Source: a virus (taxonomy: Duplodnaviria; Caudoviricetes). From it: 64,000 nucleotides of DNA. Position 1 is the first letter of the stretch, and each line of letters starts with the position of its first letter. The stretch lies in the IMG/VR virus record IMGVR_UViG_2918829582_000002, positions 3,435 through 67,434 of that record. One strand, 5' to 3'. Under the pieces are notes generated by a model. The model ran no database searches. It had not been told where the DNA came from and saw only the letters and a program-made list of their open reading frames with translations. The translations under genes and the position numbers were made by a program. Shown here piece by piece: positions 25,889 through 38,445 of this stretch.

Positions 25889-26773
25889 TTAGAGCTGGAT
25901 AAGGGCCGCGTAACCTTGACGATTCCAGGTAGCTGCGCCGGTGGTTGCGTTGTAGGAGACGGTCATGCTGTTGCCAGCGTTGATGTCCAGGATCTTGACG
26001 GGGAGGGCGCCGGTGCCGTAGTTCAGAACGATCGTGCCCGTCAATGCGCCCGTCGCGATTGCACCCGAAGCGGCCGTGATCTGAATCGAGAAATGCTGGT
26101 TGTCGGTGAATGCCGACACGGTCTGGTTGCCGTTCACGAGCGCTGCGCCCGTACCCGTCACGCCGCTGATGTTGATGAGGTCGCCCACACCAGCAACCGG
26201 CGAAGCCGCAGCCATTACGATGGCGATCGTGTAGACGCCATTGGCAAACGACGAGGTGGCCGACGTCACCGAGTAGGTCGCCGTCGCTGCGTCGTACGGT
26301 TGCAGAACCTGGTTGTTGAAGTCCCACGACACCTGGCTGGTGATCAGGCTGCCGTCCAGCGATACGAGCGACGGGTCCATTGCGACCGGGATGGCGATGC
26401 CCGAACCGAGACGGAAGAGCGGCACCGTCATGCCGGCAGCGCCAGCGGTCGGGACCGGGCTCGACGGCGAGCCAACCCATGCGTATGCGTTGTTGAACAC
26501 CGTGAAGCCGGTGATGTTCGCAACAGCCGAAGCTTCGACGATCGTGCCGCCTAGCGTGCGGTCATATCCCGATGCGGGAGCGATGCTCTCAGAGATGGCC
26601 ATGCCGCCCCAGATGGGACGCGTCGCGCTCGCGGAGACAGTGCCGATTGCGAGCGAATAGCGCGTGGCCGGAGCGTCCTGATAGACGCCCTGAACGTAGC
26701 CAGCGCTTTGTACCGAAAACGAACCTTGAGCATTCGTAGTCGCGTACGGGTAGAAAGGCGTATTGAGTGCCAT
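25889..26773 (-). CDS. Capsid cement/decoration protein with an inserted beta-domain
   Basis: Between protease/scaffold and capsid genes; FRLGSGIAIPV motif. Confidence 0.7.
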   Translation of the reverse strand: MALNTPFYPYATTNAQGSFSVQSAGYVQGVYQDAPATRYSLAIGTVSASATRPIWGGMAISESIAPASGYDRTLGGTIVEASAVANITGFTVFNNAYAWVGSPSSPVPTAGAAGMTVPLFRLGSGIAIPVAMDPSLVSLDGSLITSQVSWDFNNQVLQPYDAATATYSVTSATSSFANGVYTIAIVMAAASPVAGVGDLINISGVTGTGAALVNGNQTVSAFTDNQHFSIQITAASGAIATGALTGTIVLNYGTGALPVKILDINAGNSMTVSYNATTGAATWNRQGYAALIQL

Positions 26774-26792
26774 GTTTTCCTATCCTGAAATG

Positions 26793-26816
26793 AAAAAAGC
26801 CCGCTCGGTGGCGGGC
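26793..26816 (-). terminator. Intrinsic terminator
   Basis: GCCCGC-N6-GCGGGC then T6. Confidence 0.8.
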
Positions 26817-26838
26817 CTTGTGTTAGCGACTACTGCAG

Positions 26839-30285
<3,447 letters not shown>

Positions 30286-30286
<1 letters not shown>

Positions 30287-31701
30287 CAGGAGCGGCCGGA
30301 GAATGGAGGCGGAGCGTCTGGATTTTCGGGAGGTGCGGGCGGCACGTAACTCCTCAGATCATCGTAATCAAGCTCCAGCGGATTCGAGAACAGGTGCTTC
30401 GACTCGTTGATGTTGCTGGCCGCCCATTCGATCAACCTGGCCTTGTTGTCCGGGTCGAGATTGGGTAGAAGCACTTCGATCGCTGCGATGATGCTCTTGA
30501 GCTTGATGTCGTCGACTTCGACGAGCTTTGATTCCGGCTCAACGAGGAGCGAAGGCCATTCAGCCTCGAACGCATTCGCCCAGTCGTAGAACGCCTTGTG
30601 ATACGGGACGTCCTTGTATTCCGGAACCTCGGCCTGAATTGTCTTGTAAAACTCCTCAGTCCACGCAAGCCGCATCACGATCCGATCAAAGAACGTGAAG
30701 ATAGGCTTTGCCGTCTGCTGCTCGTGCTCGATGTAGCGAACAATGTCCTTGGCGTCTTCCGTGCCTTCGCCGAATCCTTCCGCGTACGACTCGGAGTTGA
30801 GCAACTTGGCTGGCTGCGGGACAGCAGCAGCGATGTTCTCGAGGATGTTCTTCCGGGCCGTTGTGAGTGCACCGTCAGCGTTCAGCAGATTCAGCGTCTC
30901 AATTCCCTCATCGGGAGCAATGTTGATGACGTTGTTGGTCTGCGCTTCCTTGACGACGTTTCGCTTGATCCCCTGAAACACAGCCATCGCGCGGTCGGCG
31001 ATCGATCCGGGCTGTTTCATCTTGGCGACGATGACGCCGACCTTGCGGGCCACCATATCGTCGGCCACCATCGTCTGGACAAACGACTTCAGCGGGAAGA
31101 GGGCGCGTTGATAGACCGAACGGCCGGTGTAGCCGTAAGCCGAGTTCGTGTACTCAATGTACAGCGGGTCTTCGTTGAAGAAGACCAGCGACCGGGAGGG
31201 GTGATACGCCTGTCCTGCGGCCGTGATAATGGTTGGCTTCTGGAAGTCCGGCGCGTTAGGGTCCTGATTCAGCACCAGCGACCCGGCGGTGTTCAGCGGG
31301 TCGAGCGCATTGAAGTACAGATCTTTCTTCGCGAGATCTTCGGGTTTGATCAGCGTATTGGTATCAACGCCTTTAGCGCCAAAGACCAGAGCTGCAGCGC
31401 CATAGATTTTGGCCAGGCGCCATGTGTTTGCGATGTATTTGTTCGCCCCAATCTCGTCCCACTTTCGTTCGAAAGCCTCACGAATCCTTTCCTCCGGGCT
31501 GTTCGGAATCGAGATCGTTCGCTTCTGGCTCATGGCCAGTTTGATCGGCTGATCTACGATTTTTGAGCCCAAGGGGTGAAACGCGTAAATCGTCTTGCAC
31601 AACTGATACGACGGCTCAGCACCTGGAATGATGTCATCCGCCATGAGCAGATCAGTCAGGCTCGAGGATAGCGCCGATCCTGTGATATTGATTTCTGCCA
31701 T
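30286..31701 (-). CDS. Portal protein (DUF1073-like)
   Basis: 471 aa after TerL; ARKNILENIAAA and EAEWPSL motifs. Confidence 0.85.
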
Positions 31702-31714
31702 GTGGTTTTGTCAG

Positions 31715-33259
31715 TTACAGGCCGTCAGAATCTCCTAGGCCGATTGCAATGCCGTAGACGCCCGTGTCGTACAGGTCGTCCGCCTGGTTGGGGATGCCCA
31801 GCCGATACCCGAAGAACTGGCTAAGGAAGTGGTTTTGAGCCCGCCCCTTGTATTCAACAATCTTGTTGTAGGCGTGCTCGCTGATTTTCACGTCGCCGCT
31901 ATGGACAAAATCGGACACTCCCGTGCCGCGGGCGTCTTTGCTCATGGATGTCAACTTGCTGTCGATAGCTTGAGCAGGCCAGCCGCTACGTGCTGCTCGT
32001 TGGAGCAGGGTGATGCCGCTGCCCTTGTCCTCAACGAAGCTCCCGGCACTACCCATGCGCGCGCCGCAGAGCCTCGCCAGTTCCTCAACGCGCGACATCA
32101 CGTTCGGGAACCACTCGGCGATCAGGTCACTCTCGATCTGGGTTATGTCCCAATCGAGAATGATCAATTTGTGCCCGATGTGGCGATTTCGGGCGAAGTA
32201 GGTCACGCCCGTGCCATCGTTCTTGTCACCCGCCTTGAGAGCAGAGTCGAGAATGGCGAACACATAATCGCAGCGCTGCGGCCACGGCACCGGAGCGCCG
32301 TCGACCAGCATGTTCTCGACCTTAAACAGCGTGCCTTCAAGCGGACGCGGCAATTGCTGATAGAGCGATGCCCACGTGCGGACGTTGTTCTGAAACTGTG
32401 CCCAGTGCTTTTCGGTGAACCATTGCGGCCACAGATATTCGCCAATCTTCCGGCCAAGCGGGTCGTTCTGTACTTCGCATCGAGCCTGCAGGCAGACGAC
32501 TTCCCAGACGTTGCCGTCGCGGCACATGATCGGGCCGCTTTCGCCCTTCCAGTCTTCAGGAAGGATTCGGCCGGCGAGGTCGTCTTCGTGCCAGCGGGTC
32601 TGGATGATGACAACCCAGCCGCCAGGGATGAGACGAGTTTTCAGGTCGTCGTTATAGGCATCCCACGTCTTGTCACGGATCGTTGGTGAATCAGCCTGCT
32701 CGCGGCCCTTAACCGGGTCATCGATGATGATGCCGTTGGCGCGGTTACCAGTGACGCCGCCGAGAATGCCAGTCGCGATGTACTCGCTACCGTTCGTAAG
32801 CGAAAATTCTTGTGCTGCGGACGATTCAGTCGTCAGTTCGCAGCCGTAAATCCCCTTGAACCGCTTCTGCTTGATGATTGAGCGGGTACGCCGCCCCATC
32901 TTGCGGGCGAGGTCATCGCCGTAGCTGGCGAGAATAACCTTGCGATTCTTTTCCGCACCGAGATACCGCGAGGGAAACACAACCGATGCGTAGGTCGACT
33001 TGGCGCTACCGGGCGGCATGAAAAACATCGCCCGGCCGTGCGGCGTCTTGCTCACCCGCTCCATCGTCTCAAGAATGAGGCGGTGGTGCTGCGCCATCGT
33101 CGTTTCGATGGGCTCGAAGAATTCCGTGTCTGGATCTTCGCCGGCAGGCTTGCCCGGTATCTCAATAGCTTGGGCGTAGGAGAGAACGTCCTCTCTAGCC
33201 CTGCGGCGTATCCATAGCTCTTGCGCCGCTTGCTCCAATGTAGGCGGCGAGTTCGTCAT
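31715..33259 (-). CDS. terL: Terminase large subunit
   Basis: PPGSAKST (Walker A variant), IIIDDPVK (Walker B), IQTRWHEDDL, C-terminal QADDLYD. Confidence 0.95.
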   Translation of the reverse strand: MTNSPPTLEQAAQELWIRRRAREDVLSYAQAIEIPGKPAGEDPDTEFFEPIETTMAQHHRLILETMERVSKTPHGRAMFFMPPGSAKSTYASVVFPSRYLGAEKNRKVILASYGDDLARKMGRRTRSIIKQKRFKGIYGCELTTESSAAQEFSLTNGSEYIATGILGGVTGNRANGIIIDDPVKGREQADSPTIRDKTWDAYNDDLKTRLIPGGWVVIIQTRWHEDDLAGRILPEDWKGESGPIMCRDGNVWEVVCLQARCEVQNDPLGRKIGEYLWPQWFTEKHWAQFQNNVRTWASLYQQLPRPLEGTLFKVENMLVDGAPVPWPQRCDYVFAILDSALKAGDKNDGTGVTYFARNRHIGHKLIILDWDITQIESDLIAEWFPNVMSRVEELARLCGARMGSAGSFVEDKGSGITLLQRAARSGWPAQAIDSKLTSMSKDARGTGVSDFVHSGDVKISEHAYNKIVEYKGRAQNHFLSQFFGYRLGIPNQADDLYDTGVYGIAIGLGDSDGL

Positions 33260-33692
33260 CCGTCATTTCCTGGGCGCTCTTTGTTGGGATCAGTGGAGCG
33301 CCATCTCTGCCAGTCATCTCGCGACGATTTGTAAATGAGCCGCCCGATTCCTTCGCCGCCTGCTCGAGCAATTGAGCGGCGAGGGCAGCATTGCCGCGAG
33401 TTGCGGCGTTCTGGTAAAGATTGTTGAGTGCACGCAGCCGGAAGTTCTGGTTAGCAATCGGGATAGAAGCCTGATCCTCAAGAAACGCCTTCCGCGTCGC
33501 CTCGAAAATCTCGCGCCACTTCTTGCTGAGGTTGCGCCCCATGAACTTTGTCGGGTCGTAAGTCGACACCTGCATCCGGGTAATTTCTAACCCGAACTCT
33601 TCCTTTACCGCGTTCGCTACCTGCGTAGGAGTGTCAAAGCACGCCAGCGCTTGCACGACGAACGCTTTCACGTCATCTGTGAGCGCTGCCAT
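33195..33692 (-). CDS. terS: Terminase small subunit (DUF2280)
   Basis: MAALTDDVKAFVVQALACFDTP...YDPTK signature. Confidence 0.88.
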   Translation of the reverse strand: MAALTDDVKAFVVQALACFDTPTQVANAVKEEFGLEITRMQVSTYDPTKFMGRNLSKKWREIFEATRKAFLEDQASIPIANQNFRLRALNNLYQNAATRGNAALAAQLLEQAAKESGGSFTNRREMTGRDGAPLIPTKSAQEMTDDELAAYIGASGARAMDTPQG

Positions 33693-33723
33693 TTTTCAAT
33701 TCTCTGTAATGCGCGGGTAATAT

Positions 33724-34380
33724 TTACGCCGCCCGCAGCATGCATGTGCCACAAGCCTGCGCAATGTTAAGTTGGCCAATCTCCGGAGCGCGGCGCGATG
33801 CCTCAATCAGCTTCGCCGTTTCGCCTGCACCGATACCGTAGCGCCGGACAATTCCGACGAACTCTTCCACGTCGTGCGATCGGATGCCCAGCTTCGGCAA
33901 GCCGTCCTTAGTGAATGCTGGCGCACCGAACTCATCGGATTTCTGCGCTATGTGATAGAGCTCGTGTTCTATCAGCGCGCACCACTCTACGTCGGAGCAC
34001 TCGTTGGCGTACATAGCATCAAGCGTGATGAGGTAGGTCGGGACTCGCCCGAACCACTCATGCATCTGTTGCTCTTGCCTGCCTTTCTGCCAGGCGCCAC
34101 ACCGAAATGTCACTTCCTCGCACTGGCCAACTACCCGGCGCATCTGACGGCTGTTCTCTTGCGCAGCCCAAAGAAACTCGACGTCCGCATCTCTAAGGTG
34201 CTGGTGATCGGCGTTGTAGAGCGGAGAATGCTCGCTGTGCAGCGTCCTGGATACCCATTCGGCCACACCCTCGGCGGGCATGAAGCGCCTGAACCAGTTG
34301 CCTGCGTCGAACAGCGATGCGGGAGGCCGAGGGCGCTCAGCGAAAGCTTTTATCTCGGGATCCGCCTTCTTGCGTGCCAT
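33724..34380 (-). CDS. Putative phage metallopeptidase
   Basis: HELYH zinc motif followed by HDVEEF..IVRRYG. Confidence 0.8.
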   Translation of the reverse strand: MARKKADPEIKAFAERPRPPASLFDAGNWFRRFMPAEGVAEWVSRTLHSEHSPLYNADHQHLRDADVEFLWAAQENSRQMRRVVGQCEEVTFRCGAWQKGRQEQQMHEWFGRVPTYLITLDAMYANECSDVEWCALIEHELYHIAQKSDEFGAPAFTKDGLPKLGIRSHDVEEFVGIVRRYGIGAGETAKLIEASRRAPEIGQLNIAQACGTCMLRAA

Positions 34381-34444
34381 TCGTTTTTATCCGCTTGTGG
34401 CGCTTTCGAAGAATCCACTCATTCGGAGCGCTTCGTGGTTCGGA

Positions 34445-35161
34445 TCAATTTCCTACACACTGATACGCGATGACGTCAGTAGTGGCGCCGGAGTTGAACG
34501 TCACGGACGATGCCGAAGCATTTGTGGCACGCACCGCGCTATTCGTAGATGTGTTCGTCGCCGTGCACACGTAGGAAGTCGTGTTACTAAATACAGCGCT
34601 GCCGGTAAAGGTCGCTGTCCCCGTTCCGGACGCGAGAGTCACGGTGCCGGTCACTATGTGTGGCGTTGTAATCGCAGTGCCGCTGGCCGAATAAACGTTC
34701 AGCGTGCCGCTACCTGCTATCAGCGCGCCCGATACAGCCATGTTGCCGGTATGAGTCCAGCTTCCCGTGCCGCTGTTGGACGTGATAGCCGTGATGCCGC
34801 CAGCTTGGCCTCCGCATGCCGACAGCCAGGGAAGAGCAGTATCTCCGGCGTCATTCTTGAACCGGAACCGCATACAGCCGGTGATGAATACTGCGTCGGA
34901 CGTGCGATTGTTCGCCGTCAGCGTCTGGTCGAAGAAAGTCGCGCTAGCGAAGTTAGGTCCGCCGCCCAGAGCCACGCCTGAGTTGGTCGGGCCCGCAGCT
35001 TGGGTGTTGTTCGTGGAGTTGAGGCTTCCCTGAACGTTGACATTGCCTGTCACGCCCAGAGTACCCGCTATTGTGCCGCCCGACTTGGGCAGATAACCGC
35101 CGAAGTACTGCGCGTGTGCCAGAGCAGGCAGCAACAAAAGAATGAGTGCGAACTTGCGCAT
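34445..35161 (-). CDS. Exported fibre-like protein
   Basis: Signal peptide MRKFALILLLLPALAHA/Q; fibre motif YLPKSGGTIAGTL; four Cys. Confidence 0.7.
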   Translation of the reverse strand: MRKFALILLLLPALAHAQYFGGYLPKSGGTIAGTLGVTGNVNVQGSLNSTNNTQAAGPTNSGVALGGGPNFASATFFDQTLTANNRTSDAVFITGCMRFRFKNDAGDTALPWLSACGGQAGGITAITSNSGTGSWTHTGNMAVSGALIAGSGTLNVYSASGTAITTPHIVTGTVTLASGTGTATFTGSAVFSNTTSYVCTATNTSTNSAVRATNASASSVTFNSGATTDVIAYQCVGN

Positions 35162-35515
35162 TCAATACCCCACAACGGCGAAAGTCGTTCCCGCACCCGA
35201 TCCGACTCCATTCAGGGCGTTAGTCGGCCCGAACGGCAGCGACAGAGCAGCACCTGGAGCGATGGCAAAATCCGAAGTCGTGGCGGTCGCGCCAAAGGAC
35301 ACATACAGGATCTGGCTGGTGTGGGTGTTTTGCACCGTTACCCAACCTTTATATGTGCCGGCCGCAATGAGCGGTGCCGAGGTCGTGCCAACGCTGTTCG
35401 ATGAACTGACACCGGCTTTCGATGGGCCCGCTACGCCGCCACTACTTCCAGAGCCAGAAGTGATGTAGACGGGAATTGCCCCTGCGGGATTTCCTTGGTC
35501 ATTCGGGTAGGTCAT
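35162..35515 (-). CDS. Small beta-rich protein (decoration-like)
   Basis: 117 aa; VTVQNTHTSQILYVSFG; abuts the downstream gene. Confidence 0.65.
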   Translation of the reverse strand: MTYPNDQGNPAGAIPVYITSGSGSSGGVAGPSKAGVSSSNSVGTTSAPLIAAGTYKGWVTVQNTHTSQILYVSFGATATTSDFAIAPGAALSLPFGPTNALNGVGSGAGTTFAVVGY

Positions 35516-35579
35516 CGTCTACTCAGAAGTTGATGCCGATCTCTCGGCTATACCCCGCGATCTGGTGGCGAGGTATAAG

Positions 35580-36776
35580 TTAGGCGGCCCAAGAGACCCA
35601 TGCAGTCGACTCAACCTTTCTAGGTTCATCAACATTAACCGGCATGCTGAACGTGATGCCCTGCGTCGGATGGGTCAGCCAAAGAGCCTGACGGGGCGGC
35701 TCATACCCGAAGTTGTTTGAATACGCATACTCGTCGTATCCCTTCAGCGAGCCATTCACAATCAGGCGCTGCAACTGGATCAATTGATGCCAGTGCCCGA
35801 GCAACATGGTGTCGTAGCTGGCTCCGATTTGCGTCTGCCGACTGCGCTTCTTGTGATCGCCCCGGATGATCGGGCCTAGTGCGCCAATCATGCCGTCCCC
35901 GCCGCGGAACTGATCGCCGTGCGTCAGCAGGTATCGGTGGTCGTAAATCTTGTACAGCGCGTCCGGGCCATTCGGAATCAGGAACGAGATGCGCTTGTCG
36001 TCCTCGAACCGTTTGGCAAGGAAGCAATACAGCAGCCAATCGAACGAGGTGTAGTTCCGACCCTTGGCGCGGATCTTGTGGGTATTACGCCCGTGGTTGC
36101 CGGTAACACACGGCACGAACACGCGACCGAAGCGATCAGCAAGCGTGTTGATGCACCACGTCAGCGCGCCAAACAGATCGAGCACGACGGCCATGATTTC
36201 ATGCTCGTCCGTCGCCATGAGTTCTTCGTGAATCCCGCCGCTAACCATGTCGCCGCCGAGGGCGAACACGATGCCCGGATATTCCGGGTTGACCATGTGG
36301 TTGTTCAGAAGATCAATGGCTACTTCGACCATCCGGCGAATGCGCTTGTTGGCGATCGCCATGTCGTATTCGTTGACACCACCGATCTGCGACGAGTCAA
36401 CGACCTCGCCCCAATGAAGATCGGAAGCGAATAGAGTAGGGACGCCTGGCGACTTCTTCGATGGCCGCGCAGATACCAGCCATTTTGGCGGCTCGATGTG
36501 CGCCTCAGCCAACTTCAGGATGCGGCGCTTGACGAATTCCTCGTCCAGCATTTCCCGTTTCGTCGCAGCCATTTGGGCGCGGAGCGTTCGAAGCTCGCTC
36601 TCCAGTTCGTCGGCGCGCGTCACTCCTGGAGACTCAGGCTCGGCCTGCTTAACGCCCCTTGCGGGGACACCACTCAACCGGTCGCGGAGGGTAGATTCGG
36701 CCATGCCGATCGCGCGAGCCGCGGCACGGATACTTCCATGCTGCTCGACAGCCTTCTTTAGCTCGCGAATATCCAC
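35580..36776 (-). CDS. HTH plus calcineurin-like metallophosphoesterase
   Basis: SDLHWG, GGDMVSG, GNHG, THGD, GHWH motifs; N-terminal SIRAAARAIGMAESTLR. Confidence 0.88.
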   Translation of the reverse strand: MDIRELKKAVEQHGSIRAAARAIGMAESTLRDRLSGVPARGVKQAEPESPGVTRADELESELRTLRAQMAATKREMLDEEFVKRRILKLAEAHIEPPKWLVSARPSKKSPGVPTLFASDLHWGEVVDSSQIGGVNEYDMAIANKRIRRMVEVAIDLLNNHMVNPEYPGIVFALGGDMVSGGIHEELMATDEHEIMAVVLDLFGALTWCINTLADRFGRVFVPCVTGNHGRNTHKIRAKGRNYTSFDWLLYCFLAKRFEDDKRISFLIPNGPDALYKIYDHRYLLTHGDQFRGGDGMIGALGPIIRGDHKKRSRQTQIGASYDTMLLGHWHQLIQLQRLIVNGSLKGYDEYAYSNNFGYEPPRQALWLTHPTQGITFSMPVNVDEPRKVESTAWVSWAA

Positions 36777-36785
36777 GGATTCCCC

Positions 36786-36998
36786 TTATGAACTCAATTG
36801 TGCTTTGAACTCGCCGCAGTAATGGTCTGCGTCCACCTCCGGCCAAGTCACAGCCGTTATTCCAGTCGAAACGTCATAAACGTGCGCCGGAGGATAGCGA
36901 CGGCAATGCAGCCCTTCGGCGCGATCGTAGTGCGCGAACCGGCATGACTTACAGATGTCTGTGCGCTCGACCGGATCAGACTTCTTTCTAGGAGCCAT
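36786..36998 (-). CDS. Small Cys-rich protein
   Basis: CKSC...CRRYPP...YCGEF; start MAPRKK. Confidence 0.65.
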   Translation of the reverse strand: MAPRKKSDPVERTDICKSCRFAHYDRAEGLHCRRYPPAHVYDVSTGITAVTWPEVDADHYCGEFKAQLSS

Positions 36999-37011
36999 CG
37001 GGCGCACCAAT

Positions 37012-37040
37012 AAAAAAGCCCGCAGCCTTTCAGCGCGGGC
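37012..37040 (-). terminator. Intrinsic terminator
   Basis: GCCCGC-N11-GCGGGC then T6. Confidence 0.75.
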
Positions 37041-37075
37041 AGAGTAGCCGGGGGAAGCTACTAGCGAGGAGGAAT

Positions 37076-37402
37076 TCAGCAGGTTACCGTCGTCTTCGTC
37101 CAATCGAACGCCGGCAGGCCCGGGGACATAGGGAAAACTGGGCCAGTAGTAAAAGGGCCCACCTCTCTAGCGCGCCGCGCCAGTTCTTCATATGCCTTTT
37201 TCAAGTCATCAACGGACTTTTGCGCATCCTTGGTGTCAACATCGATCTTGACACTGACCGCATCGGCGACTTTTGGCGTCACCTTCTTAAAGACGGTCGC
37301 GAGATGCTCCTGAATTGACTTCCATTGCGCCGGATTCGGAGTCTGACCTTGGGTCAACTCGACAAAGCCTTGCAGCCAGTAAGCAAAGTTTTCAGGCGTC
37401 AT
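37076..37402 (-). CDS. Hypothetical phage protein
   Basis: 108 aa; MTPENFAYWLQGFVEL N-terminus typical of phage hypotheticals. Confidence 0.7.
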   Translation of the reverse strand: MTPENFAYWLQGFVELTQGQTPNPAQWKSIQEHLATVFKKVTPKVADAVSVKIDVDTKDAQKSVDDLKKAYEELARRAREVGPFTTGPVFPMSPGLPAFDWTKTTVTC

Positions 37403-37729
37403 AGCATATCCAAATGGGTTGAAAGCTACTTTCGCGCGACCGCGTGACCCTCAGGTGGCTATCGCCAGGCACGTCGCTAATTTCACCTTCGTTTATGCCG
37501 CCTTGGTAGGCTGCTACGTGCGATTTAACGGCGGCCCTCCTGGAAGGTTCTTTGCGCCGTACTCTTTACCCGAGCCAGTTCGGACCGGGCAGCATAAACG
37601 AAGGCCCGCGTTTCGTGCGGGGTACTGCTAGACGGCTGGTTACGGGTTCCAGCATCCGGCCTATCTCCCGGTCGATTTCGCTGGATCAACGCTTTCGCGG
37701 ATCCAGACTCAAGCCCCTTGCGGGTACTC

Positions 37730-37805
37730 TGGAGGGGCGGCAGGGATTCGAACCCTGCTCACGCCAAAGCGCTTTCCTGCTGTCCTACTCACCAGCCACG
37801 CCGCT
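37730..37805 (-). pseudogene. Degenerate tRNA/tRNA-like element
   Basis: Perfect T-arm CAGGG-TTCGAAT-CCCTG and encoded CCA; D-stem GCTG/CAGC; acceptor only 5/7 paired; no valid anticodon arm. Confidence 0.6.
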
Positions 37806-37916
37806 ATCGCTAGCATCGCGTGCGGGCCAGATTCGGCGCCCCATAAACGATAATTGGCGCCCCACCGCCCGTATCAAGCTGCCGGGCCTACCGGCTGGCG
37901 GCGGAGCGGGGGATCA

Positions 37917-38024
37917 TCACATGCCCCAAAACGCCAACGCCCACTGGTCGCACCATTTCGACCACATGTGATGGTTACGCGCCGAAGCGTTTAACCACTC
38001 TGCGATGACGTGATTGGGGTTCAT
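37917..38024 (-). CDS. Putative 35 aa Trp-rich peptide
   Basis: MNPNHVIAEWLNASARNHHMWSKWCDQWALAFWGM; ATGA overlap with the upstream ORF. Confidence 0.4.
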   Translation of the reverse strand: MNPNHVIAEWLNASARNHHMWSKWCDQWALAFWGM

Positions 38025-38143
38025 AGAATCAACTTCCTCAGCGCATCGAGACGCGCGATCATAGAAGCCAATAGCGCGGCGTCCAGATTGCGGATGCGCT
38101 GCAGGTCAGCTTCGATGCTGTCGATCAGTTCTTGTGCATTCAT
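38021..38143 (-). CDS. Putative 40 aa helical peptide
   Basis: MNAQELIDSIEADLQRIRNLDAALLASMIARLDALRKLIL. Confidence 0.5.
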   Translation of the reverse strand: MNAQELIDSIEADLQRIRNLDAALLASMIARLDALRKLIL

Positions 38144-38202
38144 ATTGAATTCTTCCCGGTCTCCCGGGTCGAGCCACGTTGCATGGCAGGCGGGATAACG
38201 GG

Positions 38203-38445
38203 CTACCGGGAAGCAGCCGCGGGGAAATCGAAAAGTTCTTCAGCAGCCTTGCGCGCATGCCAGCCCTTGCGGACGGTCAGCACTGGTCGTCTTGCTACCG
38301 GCGTATTCGCCTCGGCTTCTGCGACGCGCTTTGCCTTATTCGCCGCCTCTGCCTGCCGGGCAGCGACAATATGCTCCGGGTTCCCGTAGTCGCGGGATCG
38401 GAGAGGGGCAGGGAAGCGCATGGGCAGAAAAAGAAAGGTCCGCAC
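38203..38445 (-). CDS. Hypothetical protein
   Basis: 80 aa ORF coupled to the methyltransferase stop codon. Confidence 0.5.
   Translation of the reverse strand: MRTFLFLPMRFPAPLRSRDYGNPEHIVAARQAEAANKAKRVAEAEANTPVARRPVLTVRKGWHARKAAEELFDFPAAASR

Noticed and set aside
37730-37805. Functional tRNA, or an att site made from a tRNA 3' end
   Set aside because: Acceptor and anticodon arms fail to pair, and it lies mid-prophage far from the integrase.
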